Below are positions 1-12,852 of a DNA stretch of 64,000 nt, one piece after another; the first letter of the stretch is position 1; each line of letters begins with the position of its first letter. The notes under the pieces were generated by a model that did not search any database, had not been told where the DNA came from, and saw nothing but the letters and a program-made list of their open reading frames with translations. Location: NCBI RefSeq assembly GCF_023055435.1, contig NW_025964372.1, positions 992,001-1,056,000 of the forward strand. Direction: 5' to 3'. The stretch comes from Haliotis rufescens (lineage: Eukaryota). A program made the translations under genes and the position numbers.

Positions 1-3000
1 CATTGTAATCACTGCCAGCTACAGGAGTACAACCTTGTAATCACTGCCAGCTACAGGAGCTACAGCATTGTAATCACTGCCAGCTACAGGAGTACAACCT
101 TGTAATCACTGTCAGCTACAGGAGTACAACCTTGTAGTCGCTGCCAGCTACAGGAGCTACAACCTTCTAATCACTGTCAGCTACAGGAGCTACAACCTTG
201 TAGTCACTGCCAGCTACAGGAGCTACAACCTTGTAATCACTGCCAGCTACAGGAGTACAACCTTGTAGTCACTGTCAGCTACAGGAGCTACAACCTTGTA
301 ATCACTGCCAGCTACAGGAGCTACAACCTTGTAATCACTGCCAGCTACAGGAGCTACAACCTTGTAATCACTGTCAGCTACAGGAGTACAACCTTGTAAT
401 CACTGTCAGCTACAGGAGCTACAGCCTTGTAATCACTGCCAGCTACAGGAGCTACAACCTTGTAGTCACTGCCAGCTACAGGAGCTACAGCCTTGTAGTC
501 ACTACCAGCTACAGGAGCTACAGCCTTGTAATCACTGCCAGCTACAGGAGCTACAACCTTGTAGTCACTGCCAGCTACAGGAGCTACAGCCTTGTAATCA
601 CTGCCAGCTACAGGAGCTACAGCCTTGTAATCACTGCCAGCTACAGGAGCTACAACCTTGTAGTCACTGCCAGCTACAGGAGCTACAGCCTTGTAATCAC
701 TGCCAGCTACAGGAGCTACAGCCTTGTAATCACTGCCAGCTACAGGAGCTACAACCTTGTAATCACTGCCAGCTACAGGAGCTACAACCTTGTAATCACT
801 GCCAGCTACAGGAGCTACAACCTTGTAATCACTGCCAGCTACAGGAGCTACAGCATTGTAATCACTGCCAGCTACAAGAGCTACAGCATTGTAGTCACTG
901 CCAGCTACAGGAGTACAACCTTGTAATCACTGCCAGCTACAGGAGCTACAACATTGTAATCACTGCCAGCTACAGGAGTACAACCTTGTAATCACTGCCA
1001 GCTACAGGAGCTGCAACCTTGTAATCACTCTCAGCTACAGGAGCTACAGCCTTGTAATCACTGCCAGCTACAGGAGCTACAACCTTGTAATCACTGCCAG
1101 CTACAGGAGTACAGCCTTGTAATCACTGTCAGCTACAGGAGCTACAACCTTGTAATCACTGCCAGCTACAGGAGTACAGCCTTGTAATGACTGTCAGCTA
1201 CAGGATCTACAACCTTGTAATCACTGCCAGCTACAGGAGCTACAACCTTGTAATCACTGCCAGCTACAGGAGCTACAACCTTGTAATCACTGTCAGCTAC
1301 AGGAGTACAACCTTGTAATCACTGTCAGCTACAGGAGCTACAGCCTTGTAATCACTGCCAGCTACAGGAGCTACAACCTTGTAGTCACTGCCAGCTACAG
1401 GAGCTACAGCCTTGTAGTCACTGCCAGCTACAGGAGCTACAGCCTTGTAATCACTGCCAGCTACAGGAGCTACAACCTTGTAGTCACTGCCAGCTACAGG
1501 AGCTACAGCCTTGTAATCACTGCCAGCTACAGGAGCTACAGCCTTGTAATCACTGCCAGCTACAGGAGCTACAACCTTGTAATCACTGCCAGCTACAGGA
1601 GCTACAACATTGTAATCACTGCCAGCTACAGGAGTACAACCTTGTAATCACTGCCAGCTACAGGAGCTACAGCATTGTAATCACTGCCAGCTACAGGAGT
1701 ACAACCTTGTAATCACTGCCAGCTACAGGAGCTACAACATTGTAATCACTGCCAGCTACAGGAGCTACAACATTGTAATCACTGCCAGCTACAGGAGTAC
1801 AACCTTGTAATCACTGCCAGCTACAGGAGCTACAGCATTGTAATCACTGCCAGCTACAGGAGTACAACCTTGTAATCACTGTCAGCTACAGGAGTACAAC
1901 CTTGTAGTCACTGCCAGCTACAGGAGCTACAACCTATTAATCACTGTCAGCTACAGGAGCTACAACCTTGTAGTCACTGCCAGCTACAGGAGCTACAACC
2001 TTGTAATCACTGCCAGCTACAGGAGTACAACCTTGTAGTCACTGTCAGCTACAGGAGCTACAACCTTGTAATCACTGCCAGCTACAGGAGCTACAACCTT
2101 GTAATCACTGCCAGCTACAGGAGCTACAACCTTGTAATCACTGTCAGCTACAGGAGTACAACCTTGTAATCACTGTCAGCTACAGGAGCTACAGCCTTGT
2201 AATCACTGCCAGCTACAGGAGCTACAACCTTGTAGTCACTGCCAGCTACAGGAGCTACAGCCTTGTAGTCACTACCAGCTACAGGAGCTACAGCCTTGTA
2301 ATCACTGCCAGCTACAGGAGCTACAACCTTGTAGTCACTGCCAGCTACAGGAGCTACAGCCTTGTAATCACTGCCAGCTACAGGAGCTACAGCCTTGTAA
2401 TCACTGCCAGCTACAGGAGCTACAACCTTGTAGTCACTGCCAGCTACAGGAGCTACAGCCTTGTAATCACTGCCAGCTACAGGAGCTACAGCCTTGTAAT
2501 CACTGCCAGCTACAGGAGCTACAACCTTGTAATCACTGCCAGCTACAGGAGCTACAACCTTGTAATCACTGCCAGCTACAGGAGCTACAACCTTGTAATC
2601 ACTGTCAGCTACAGGAGCTACAGCATTGTAATCACTGCCAGCTACAAGAGCTACAGCATTGTAGTCACTGCCAGCTACAGGAGTACAACCTTGTAATCAC
2701 TGCCAGCTACAGGAGCTACAACATTGTAATCACTGCCAGCTACAGGAGTACAACCTTGTAATCACTGCCAGCTACAGGAGCTGCAACCTTGTAATCACTC
2801 TCAGCTACAGGAGCTACAGCCTTGTAATCACTGCCAGCTACAGGAGCTACAACCTTGTAATCACTGCCAGCTACAGGAGTACAGCCTTGTAATGACTGTC
2901 AGCTACAGGATCTACAACCTTGTAATCACTGCCAGCTACAGGAGCTACAACCTTGTAATCACTGCCAGCTACAGGAGCTACAACCTTGTAATCACTGTCA

Positions 3001-5110
3001 GCTACAGGAGTACAACCTTGTAATCACTGTCAGCTACAGGAGCTACAGCCTTGTAATCACTGCCAGCTACAGGAGCTACAACCTTGTAGTCACTGCCAGC
3101 TACAGGAGCTACAGCCTTGTAGTCACTGCCAGCTACAGGAGCTACAGCCTTGTAATCACTGCCAGCTACAGGAGCTACAACCTTGTAGTCACTGCCAGCT
3201 ACAGGAGCTACAGCCTTGTAATCACTGCCAGCTACAGGAGCTACAGCCTTGTAATCACTGTCAGCTACAGGAGCTACAACCTTGTAGTCACTGCCAGCTA
3301 CAGGAGCTACAACCTTGTAATCACTGCCAGCTACAGGAGCTACAGCCTTGTAATCACTGCCAGCTACAGGAGTACAACCTTGTAGTCACTGTCAGCTACA
3401 GGAGCTACAACCTTGTAATCACTGTCAGCTACAGGAGCTACAGCCTTGTAATCACTGCCAGCTACAGGAGCTACAACCTTGTAGTCACTGCCAGCTACAG
3501 GAGCTACAGCATTGTAATCACTGCCAGCTACAAGAGCTACAGCCTTGTAGTCACTGCCAGCTAGAGGAGCTACAACCTTGTAGTCACTGCCAGCTACAGG
3601 AGCTACAGCATTGTAATCACTGCCAGCTACAGGAGCTACAACCTTGTAGTCACTGCCAGCTACAGGAGTACAACCTTGTAATCACTGTCAGCTACAGGAG
3701 CTACAACCTTGTAGTCACTGCCAGCTACAGGAGCTACAGCATTGTAATCACTGCCAGCTACGGGAGCTACAACCTTGTAGTCACTGCCAGCTACAGGAGC
3801 TACAGCATTGTAATCACTGCCAGCTACAAGAGCTACAGCCTTGTAGTCACTGCCAGCTACAGGAGTACAACCTTGTAATCACTGTCAGCTACAGGAGCTA
3901 CAGCCTTGTAGTCACTGTCAGCTACAGGAGCTACAACCTTGTAATCACTGTCAGCTACAGGAGCTTCAGCCTTGTAATCACTGCCAGCTACAGGAGCTAC
4001 AACCTTGTAGTCACTGCCAGCTACAGGAGTACAACCTTGTAATCACTGTCAGCTACAGGAGCTACAACCTTGTAGTCACTGCCAGCTACAGGAGCTACAG
4101 CATTGTAATCACTGCCAGCTACAGGAGCTACAACCTTGTAGTCACTGCCAGCTACAGGAGCTACAGCATTGTAATCACTGCCAGCTACAAGAGCTACAGC
4201 ATTGTAGTCACTGCCAGCTACAGGAGTACAACCTTGTAATCACTGCCAGCTACAGGAGCTACAACCTTGTAATCACTGCCAGCTACAGGAGCTACAACCT
4301 TGTAATCACTGCCAGCTACAGGAGCTACAACCTTGTAATCACTGCCAGCTACAGGAGCTACAACCTTGTAATCACTGCCAGCTACAGGAGCTACAGCATT
4401 GTAATCACTGCCAGCTACAAGAGCTACAGCATTGTAGTCACTGCCAGCTACAGGAGTACAACCTTGTAATCACTGCCAGCTACAGGAGCTACAACATTGT
4501 AATCACTGCCAGCTACAGGAGTACAACCTTGTAATCACTGCCAGCTACAGGAGCTGCAACCTTGTAATCACTCTCAGCTACAGGAGCTACAGCCTTGTAA
4601 TCACTGCCAGCTACAGGAGCTACAACCTTGTAATCACTGCCAGCTACAGGAGTACAGCCTTGTAATCACTGTCAGCTACAGGAGCTACAACCTTGTAATC
4701 ACTGCCAGCTACAAGAGTACAGCCTTGTAATGACTGTCAGCTACAGGATCTACAACCTTGTAATCACTGCCAGCTACAGGAGCTACAACCTTGTAATCAC
4801 TGTCAGCTACAGGAGCTACAACCTTGTAATCACTGTCAGCTACAGGAGCTACAACCTTGTAATCACTGCCAGCTACAGGAGCTACAACCTTGTAATCACT
4901 GTCAGCTACAGGAGCTACAACCTTGTAATCACTGTCAGCTACAGGAGCTACAACCTTGTAATCACTGCCAGCTACAGGAGCTACAACCTTGTAATCACTG
5001 TCAGCTACAGGAGCTTCAACCTTGTAATCACTGCCAGCTACAGGAGCTACAACCTTGTAATCACTGTCAGCTACAGGAGCTACAACGTTGTAATCACTGT
5101 CAGCTACAAC
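1..5110. repeat. 33-bp tandem repeat array (satellite/minisatellite), open at window start
   Basis: Unit CTTGTAATCACTGCCAGCTACAGGAGCTACAAC repeated roughly 155 times, with 32-bp variants (GGAGTAC) and recurrent point variants (GTAGTC, CTGTCAG, TACAGC, CATTG). Confidence 0.98.
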
Positions 5111-5363
5111 CACAAATAGAGCCTCTGCTTCAGGTGTCAAAATAGCAAATACAGCTAGTCACAGATCCATCCTGAAAGCCTTGTCATAGAAACATACACA
5201 TGTGAAATATCAGCCTCCGTCACAGCCACAGCTTCAGCGCTAGCTCGAGTTCACAAGACCTTTAAAGATGTCATATATCTGCAACACTCCTCCTCCGAAT
5301 ACCCGTGCTCCAGCAGCAGCCACTTGGTCCACCTGTGCCGAGACAAGACATCATCACGAAGGT

Positions 5364-5643
5364 GCGTGTGTGTGAGTTGGGTTTAACGCCGCTTTTAACT
5401 GTATTCCAGTTATATCACGGCGTGTCAGCTTAATGTGGGAGGAAAGCCCGAAGTGATGCAGGTCTCGGACGTTTACCACTTCGGTGAAACCCACAAGCAC
5501 GGGTATGGTGCTGACAAACCTAGAAACATAATCGGGGCGAACCTGGATTAGAACCCACAATCATAGGTTTCTGGCGTGTCCAAGGGACGCAACTCTGCAC
5601 AGCGAATCGCGGCGCCTTAGACGACTGGGCCACCCGTGCCCCC
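5364..5643 (-). mobile_element. SINE family A (tRNA-Leu-like head, ~280 bp, (ACTC)n tail), full-length copy
   Basis: Reverse complement has A-box TGGCCCAGTCGTCTAAGG and a B-box-like GGGTTCTAATCC; 13-bp target-site duplication TCATCACGAAGGT at 5351 and 5644; many near-identical copies in the window. Confidence 0.92.
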
Positions 5644-5979
5644 TCATCACGAAGGTAACATAGCGAGTGATGACACAGATGTGAGGGATGCGTGATTCTC
5701 ATAACAAACCTTTCTTTAAGGGGTAAAGCCAATAAAGATTGAAATTAGCTTGATAACGTCGCAGTCAGCAATATTACAGCCATATTAGCATGCACTCTGG
5801 GATGGAACCAGACAAACCAGTGATTGATGTTGAGTGGGTACGAATAAACGCATTCTTCCAAGTCACCGATTATAAGCTGCCTCCAACAGACAGCATTAGT
5901 TGGGGAGATTTTCTAACACCATCAAATCTTAGCACTTCAGAGTGATTTGATTCGCAACATTGATTAATGTTGTTGTTTT

Positions 5980-8888
5980 TTATGCTGTACACACACCTGG
6001 GTAAACTGATGACGTCAGAATGGCAATAGCATGAAGGTAGACAATTGTTACTCTGGATTGTTTGCAGTTAATTGTGATCTGCAGAAACAACACATGTATA
6101 TACGAGAGATTTGATTTATGTATGAGGACTTCAATTATATAATTAAGGTTAAGTTTACGTCCCAGCCCATGTATGTATAACGTATTACTATCGCCATTAC
6201 CTGATCGCTCTGGCTCTTCCCGTACCGGCACCAGGAGGTGAAGTGTTCACAGTTGAACAGGACCAGATTGTAGCCAACCCGGTCCAGTCGAGATTTCGCC
6301 CTTTCAACGATTTCGTCTGGAGGATACGGACTGTCAAAGGGGAGATAAACGTACAGTTCACTTAGACGTATTGATAGGAGCGTTTGAGTGTACGTGAGGT
6401 AACAGATTAACGTACAGTTCACTTAGACGTATTGATAGCAGCGTTTGAGTGTACGTGAGGTAACAGATTAACGTACAGTTCACTTACACGTATTGATAGC
6501 AGCGTTTGAGTGTACGTGAGGTAACAGAGTAACGTACAGTTCACTAAGACGTATTGATAGCTGAGTTTGAGTGTTGGGTAACAGATTAACGTACAGTTCA
6601 CTTTAACGTATTGACAGGAGCGTTTGAGTGTACGCGAGATAACAGATTAACTACAGTTCACTTAAACGTATTGATAGCAGCGTTTGAGTAAGTGAGGCAA
6701 CTGAAACAGCGTTACAGAGTACGTGAGGTAACTGAAAGAAAAGGCAAGGGGAGGAGAAGGCTGGAAATGGGTCAATGAGGATAACGGAAGAAATAATAGA
6801 AAATGAATGAAAGATGGATGAACAAAGTAGGAGAAAGGAGTCCTGTGTGAATAGTGTTAAAGTTAAACAGTTAGCGGGAGAAAGGGCATGAAGAAATTGT
6901 AGTTTTGTTTTTGTATTTGCTGAAGACATATATGTGAGTATTGTTTATTGTTGTTAAATGCATTACTAGTAAGTAGTTTGGCTAGTAACGTCACTTTAAA
7001 CAATATTTCAGTTATATCACGGCGTGTCAGCTTGATGCAGGGAGAAGGTCGGGCATGATGCAGGTATTAAACGTTTACCACATTAGACGTGAAACCAACG
7101 AATACGGGTATAGTTTGTGCACAGCCAACATTTATAATCATAATAAACCTTGAATGATCGTCGATCATCCTGCATAGTTCACACATATCAGGATGACTTG
7201 ATAAGGGACAGATTGAAATACACACAAACTGTAATCATAGAAAGCTACAGGAACTCACTCCCATCTGTCGTCTTTATCATTGCTGACGTCAACTTCATCG
7301 CCTCCAGCAACCTTCCAGAAACTGTCCTCTCTGACCTTCACGTCATTGGCGTTATCGTTCATATCTCCGTCCCTGCCCGCAAGGTGAATCACACGACCTT
7401 CACCTTAAATGGTAAAACAAACGTGAAAGTCTTCACTGAATGATTGTCGCCGCAGTGAACACTATTCCAGCTACATCAAGGCAGACCAGTGACATCATCA
7501 TAATGATCATGATCATAATCATAATCCACAGTTTTCTTAAACGAGCCAAGGATGTGGAACATAATATCAATGTCAATGTTGATTTTGTTTGTGGTTCTGT
7601 ACTGCTACACGTTACAGAAATGAATGTCAACCAAGCGAAATGCCATCAAATCGGCCCAAAATCAGTATTTAAAGGACAGGCTATCTGAACGACCACTGCA
7701 TCGAGTTTATGTACAGTGTGTTGAGACGATCAGCAACCCTGCTGAGTTCTTCGCTTGGTTGAAGTTGGCTGGCCTGAAAAGTGAAACAGAAGCCTTCATA
7801 CAAATTCCCAGCCCAACACAATCCATCTTCCCGAGGCAAGAGAGTTAACTGACCTTAAAAGTCCAGTTTCCACCCTTGCTGAACTAGGCTTGAATTCCTG
7901 GGCTCGATCGTAGCGCCACCAGTGGCTATTACGAGTTATGTCCTTTCTATGCCTCTCCTATTGACCAATCAGATTTATCCTCTCGTATCACTTGCATTTG
8001 CTTCAAACAAAACGGTGGCGCCAAGTCAAGACGATCTGATTGATAATCAAGATCTATATTGTGATAAAACGAGTCTTACATCGCGAAGTGCATCAAATCA
8101 CGTGAGCACCTTGATTAAAAGCATGAACAGATTTAGAAAATATCTGTTGACGAGTTAGCGGGGCATATGCTTTGCAAATCCTGCAGTCGACCGAAATCTG
8201 CATGACACTTTACGAACCGGATTTCGATTTCGGTGCGCGATTTTGATTGGACTATGCATAGACTCGTTAGTCCAGCCAAATTGTAACTCCATAATCCCAG
8301 CCTAGTTCGGCAAGGGTGGAAACTGGACTTTTATAGTCAGTTAACTCCCTTGCCTCGGGAAGATGAACACTATCCCAATATTTCAATATAGTTGCCTTGT
8401 ATGAAACGTATAGGGGATCCATTATAAACTGGAATATGTCCCCGTTGTGTTTATGCACATGTAAACAATCACACAGAGCGTCTTATATATTCACTCGATG
8501 CATCACGACATTTAGTTATGACGAAACAGTGTAGCTCCCTACCTATGCATAGCGCCCAGTGACAGTAGATTCCTCGGTCAAACTTCAGCATGTCTCCCGG
8601 GGTAGCTTGGGCCAACGTCTCCTCATTGTGTTGCTTTATCCTTGCAGTGCGAGCCAACGCCTCCTCGGGCGTTACTGTGCCTTTAGCCTGAGACAACGTC
8701 TCTTCGTTGTGCGTCTTCGTGCCTTTAGCCTGAGACAACGTCTCTTCGTTGTGCGTCTTCGTGCCTTTAGCCTGAGACAACGTCTCTTCGTTGTGCGTCT
8801 TCGTGCCTTTAGCGTCAGTCAACGTCTCTCCGTTGTGCTTCTTCGTGCCTTGAGCTTTGGTTGTCGTCTTCCGTTTGCGTGTAAACAT
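5980..8888 (-). CDS. PLAAT/HRASLS-like phospholipase A/acyltransferase (LRAT, NlpC/P60 fold), ~239 aa, 4 coding exons
   Basis: Exons 8888-8543, 7403-7259, 6330-6201 and 6078-5980 have GT-AG junctions and consistent phases. Translation contains PGDMLKFDRGIYCHWALCIG / EGRVIHL / YNLVLFNCEHFTSWCRYGKSQSDQ, the His-His-Cys catalytic motifs of PLAAT enzymes. The last exon (hydrophobic tail) is least certain. An acceptor just before the ATG implies an upstream non-coding exon (candidate donor near 9720). Confidence 0.85.
6347..6730. repeat. 61-bp intronic tandem repeat (~6 copies)
   Basis: Unit TTAACGTACAGTTCACTTAGACGTATTGATAGCAGCGTTTGAGTGTACGTGAGGTAACAGA; period confirmed at 6361/6422. Confidence 0.93.
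7526..7805 (+). mobile_element. Fragment of R4/Dong-like non-LTR retrotransposon
   Basis: HSFLKRAKDVEHNINVNVDFVCGSVLL..NQAKCH..SERPLHR..WLKLAGLKSETEAFI is homologous to the longer copy at 58733-60132; preceded by an (ATC/ATA)n tract. Confidence 0.75.
7824..8365. mobile_element. MITE with ~65-bp TIRs (CATCTTCCCGAGGCAAG...), 9-bp TSD, Mutator-like
   Basis: Left TIR at 7824, right TIR ending CTTGCCTCGGGAAGATG at 8365; flanks AACACAATC / AACACTATC. Related copies at 52532-52701 and ~60973-61094. Confidence 0.85.
8665..8860 (-). repeat. 42-bp (14-aa) coding tandem repeat in PLAAT-like exon 1
   Basis: AKGTKTHNEETLSQ x3, plus a degenerate copy AQGTKKHNGETLTD. Confidence 0.92.
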
Positions 8889-11299
8889 ATCTTTAAACGT
8901 GAATCAGATAGCACAAAGTCTTATAATGAATTCGCTTAAATTACCCTACCTTCGCTTGTCATAAGATGCCATCGGTAGTGCTGTTACAGAACTGAAACAC
9001 ATCTTCGTAAGATCAAAATAGATCCAAATTAAATGAGGAGATTAAATTAGGGAGTCTATTCCATTTCAATCAATCTGCTCTCATTTTACAGGCAATCTGT
9101 ATTTTGACTGAAAATTTCAGTCTGAAAATTTATGAGCATTTTTGACTGAAAATTTCAGTCAATATGTACATTGCCTAAGTGAATCATTCGAGATACATAT
9201 TGACTGAATTTTTGAGTCAATAAACATATTGACTGTACCATCTGTACCTCTCGTCACGTGGTTGTCGTCACTCCAGCTTGATAGTAAAAAACAACATTTC
9301 ATTTTTTCTTTTCATATTTAAATCTGGTTTCATCCTTGTCATCTATTACCGGTTGTTAATATTAATCTGCTGCTTATCACAATATATCATGTAAATGTAC
9401 CTCTTATCACTTGATCGTAGTCAATCTACATAACGGTGTATGAACCTACATCGAAAGGTCGACCGCCTCCGTGGTCTAGTGGTAGAGCGTCCTCACCTCA
9501 CCTCACATCGAAACGTCGTTATATGCAATACACCAGAAGCTGTTACTTATAAAGTGTCCCTATTGTCCCATAAAGCTGGCCACACAAAGATACGAAACTA
9601 ACTGGACTACGTACTGTCTGTATCTTAAACCGGTTAAAGGATCACTTGCCCTCAACAGCGTCTCCCTGGCCCAATAGGAGTAGTTAGGAAACAGATACAC
9701 CCAATCTAGTGATACGTACCTTGTAGACCTCTCACCTGATAAACGTCAGAAAACCTAGGCACACTGTCGTACAGCCGTGGCTAACAGCACAAGCTCCCTT
9801 CTGTTATAGTGTAGCGTAACGAAAGCACAGCAACACTATGTACAACAGCGCGGCGATACCAGTTGTTCGTCTATTCACACGAATCAATACCGCGTGGAGA
9901 CGCCAATATAGATCAATAGACTCATTCACCACGGACTCACCCGAGTAGTTCCGAGTGCACATTCTCTGTATTGATGTCCGACCTATTCATGGTGTTTACA
10001 TTCAGTTTGTGTTCTTGTGTTGTTTAACGCCGCACTCAGCAATATTCCAGCTATATGACGGCGGTCTGTAAATAAATTAATCCAGTCTGGACGAGAATTC
10101 GTTGATTGACATCATGAGCATCCATCCACGCATCAGTTTGTGATGAATGCTGCCTTTGAAACTTACCCCCGCAGAGGCGTGAAATACTGATTTTGTTAAT
10201 ATTACGTCAACACAATGTTATAATTAGATTAGAGTGACCTCCCTTTGAAAGCATGGCAGACGACGTGCTGTCACCAATCCCAAGTCATCTTAAAACTAAG
10301 GTTTGGGCTCAAGTGTGGCTAGTGAGAGGGTCTTTTCAACAGCCGGGGATGTTGTGATTGCTCAGAGGGCTAACCTCAGTAGTGACAATGTGGACATGCT
10401 TGTGTTTTTATCCAAAAACATGATCATCCCTGATGACCTGATTGACCTCACAGTCTGAGGTGATGAGTTTGTCCTGTTGCTGCACAGAGTTGCACTGTTC
10501 AATAAAAAAATAAAGTAAAAACACGTTTTGTTACTTATTTATTGCATATTATTAGACTAATGAATCGAATCGAAAATAATCGAATCGAATGGAAATAATC
10601 GAACCGAATCGAAGTATTGGTGAACCGTTGCAGCCCCAGTACACAACATGCTTCTCCCAGTTTTACTGCCGATATGGCACCTGCACGTGCATGTCTGTGA
10701 GGACATCCATATCATTTCATGGTTTTCCTCACCTCCATGTTCAGCTTCAGAGGCAGCGGGTGGATGGAAGACAATAACAAAAAATAACATTTTCCAAAAT
10801 GACTATCCAAAGTTGGAACTTAAAAGATGGCAAAGCTGAAAACTTATAATGTGAACAGAACATTTGCAGTTATTTCTTGCCTCTTACTGGCTCCAAAGGA
10901 TATATCTAATAAACCATTCACCCCAATTTCACTCGCATCCCCTTCTCAGATCTAGCAGCTTATTCACATCCAGTTTCCAGCTCTGAAATTAAATCAGCAC
11001 TGAAGACCTATTCTACCCAGGATCTTCACGGGTCATGACAATACAAGTTGTTAATTAACACCTGATTAAATCAACATAAAGTAGGAAAAATGAGCATGTT
11101 TTGGCGAATATTTTCCTCTGAATAATACGATACATGAGTGACGACTTCCTCAAAAATAGAAATGTACGAAGTTACATCCTAACATATATAGCAATATAAT
11201 TTATGAAACATGAAAACTCCCTGTTAAACCCACATCCCACCAAACATTGCCTGTGACATCACGTCTTTCTTCATAATACCAACAATTCAGAGTAAATGA

Positions 11300-11580
11300 G
11301 TGAGTGAGTGAGTTGGGTTTAACGCCGCTTTTAACATTATTCCAGTTATATCACGGCGTGTCAGCTTAATTTGGGAGGAAAGCCCGAAGTGATGTAGGTC
11401 GCGGACGTTTACCACTTCGGTGAAACCCACGAGCACGGGTATGGTGCTGACAAACCTAGAAACTTAATCGGAGCGAACCTGGATTCGAACCCACAATCAT
11501 AGGTTTCTGGCGTGCCCAAGGGACGCAACTCTGCACAGCGAATCGCGGCGCCTTAAGACGACTGAGCCACCCGTGCCCCC
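11300..11580 (-). mobile_element. SINE family A, full-length
   Basis: Same consensus as 5364; TSD TCAGAGTAAATGA at 11287 and 11581. Confidence 0.92.
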
Positions 11581-12626
11581 TCAGAGTAAATGATAATGTT
11601 CCAATTCAAACTGTTTTTTTCTTCACGATTGATAACTTAATTTCCAGGTGTATACATCAGAAATAATACAGTTGTCTTCCCTTGGACAAATAGCATCAGC
11701 GCTTCAGCAAGGATCATTCAGCAATAGATTCATTGCTGGAGTAATTGTTGTGGCAAACTGGAACCAGCTGATATCATTCAATAATGGTAGACTTGCCAAT
11801 TCCCTTCCACTCATTTACCCATCTGAGCAAGAGAAAAGAGACCAGTGAAACCCCTTCATCTGTGATGTATAACGATTCAGAGTGACAAACAATATCCACA
11901 AGACTGTATGACAAGATGGATGACTTAAAATATTTAAGTCATTTTACAATTATTTTTCCATATATTATATTATGATAACTAATTCCAAACATTTTTATCC
12001 TTTATTACATCACCCAGTGACTGAATATCATAGGATTAAAAGAAAATGAAATTCTCTGTATATTTTATAAACAAATTTGCTACTAATCCTAGCATAATAA
12101 CTCTAGTGTTATGTTTTTTCATCCCTTTTTGAACTTCTTAATACCTTTCAGTCGGCAAAATAGTGCCTAAGTGAAAATTTCAGTCATTTTACACATTGAT
12201 TGTAACATGGGTGTGTATATAATACTTATAAACCCAAACCAACTGAATTATGATTGTCACATCATAAGTAATGCATGTGTTACAATTGTATGATAATAGT
12301 TATTCTTCCCCGCCCTTAAGGCGGGGAAGTATACGGGAAACGTTAATTTTGTAGCATGTATGTCGACATGTTGGTTTATTTGAAATTTCAAGCCACGCAT
12401 TTACGGAAACAAAACTTACAAATCATGTGCGTGGAATGTTGATGCTGTTCTTTTCCAGCAATAAGAGATACTTCAAAATCGTCTTTATGTAGTTAATTGA
12501 TGCATCTGACCGTTTCTGGTCATTAGCTGACATTATTAAACCATTCATGTGTAATCCGATGTCCTTTTTCCCTCAAGGACTAATTTTCTGACATTGCTTC
12601 CATTTCCTTCGATCTACTTTTTAAAT

Positions 12627-12852
12627 AAAGACCCAGGTTAGAATAGGTCTTCAGCAACCTATGCTTGCCGTAAGAGGCGACGAAGAGGATTGGTTAGTCA
12701 GGCTCGACGATTTGGTCGATGCAAAAAATCGTATTCCAATTGCGTAGTTCGATGCTCTTGGTGTCAATCACTGGATGATCTGGTCCAGACTGGATTATTT
12801 ACAGACCGCCGTCATATGGCTGAAATACTGCTGAGTGCGGCTTTAAACAAGA
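12627..12852 (+). mobile_element. SINE-like family C (non-tRNA structured head, shared tail)
   Basis: AAGACCCAGGTTAGAATAGGTCTTCAGCAACCTATGCTTGCCGTAAGAGGCGAC...GACCGCCGTCATATGGCTGAAATACTGCTGAGTGCGGC; homologous copies at 22825, 39467, 48510, 61815, 62292 and elsewhere. Confidence 0.85.

Noticed and set aside
1-5110. CRISPR-like array or repeat protein (ORFs 4709-5140 and 4730-5119)
   Set aside because: Head-to-tail monomers have no unique spacers and there are no cas genes in this eukaryotic context. The ORFs arise from the 33-bp period and are broken by 32-bp units.
7910-7925. CTCF site inside the MITE (TAGCGCCACCAGTGG; also ~16968 and ~60993)
   Set aside because: One base short of the canonical core spacing; cannot be supported without a PWM scan or ChIP.
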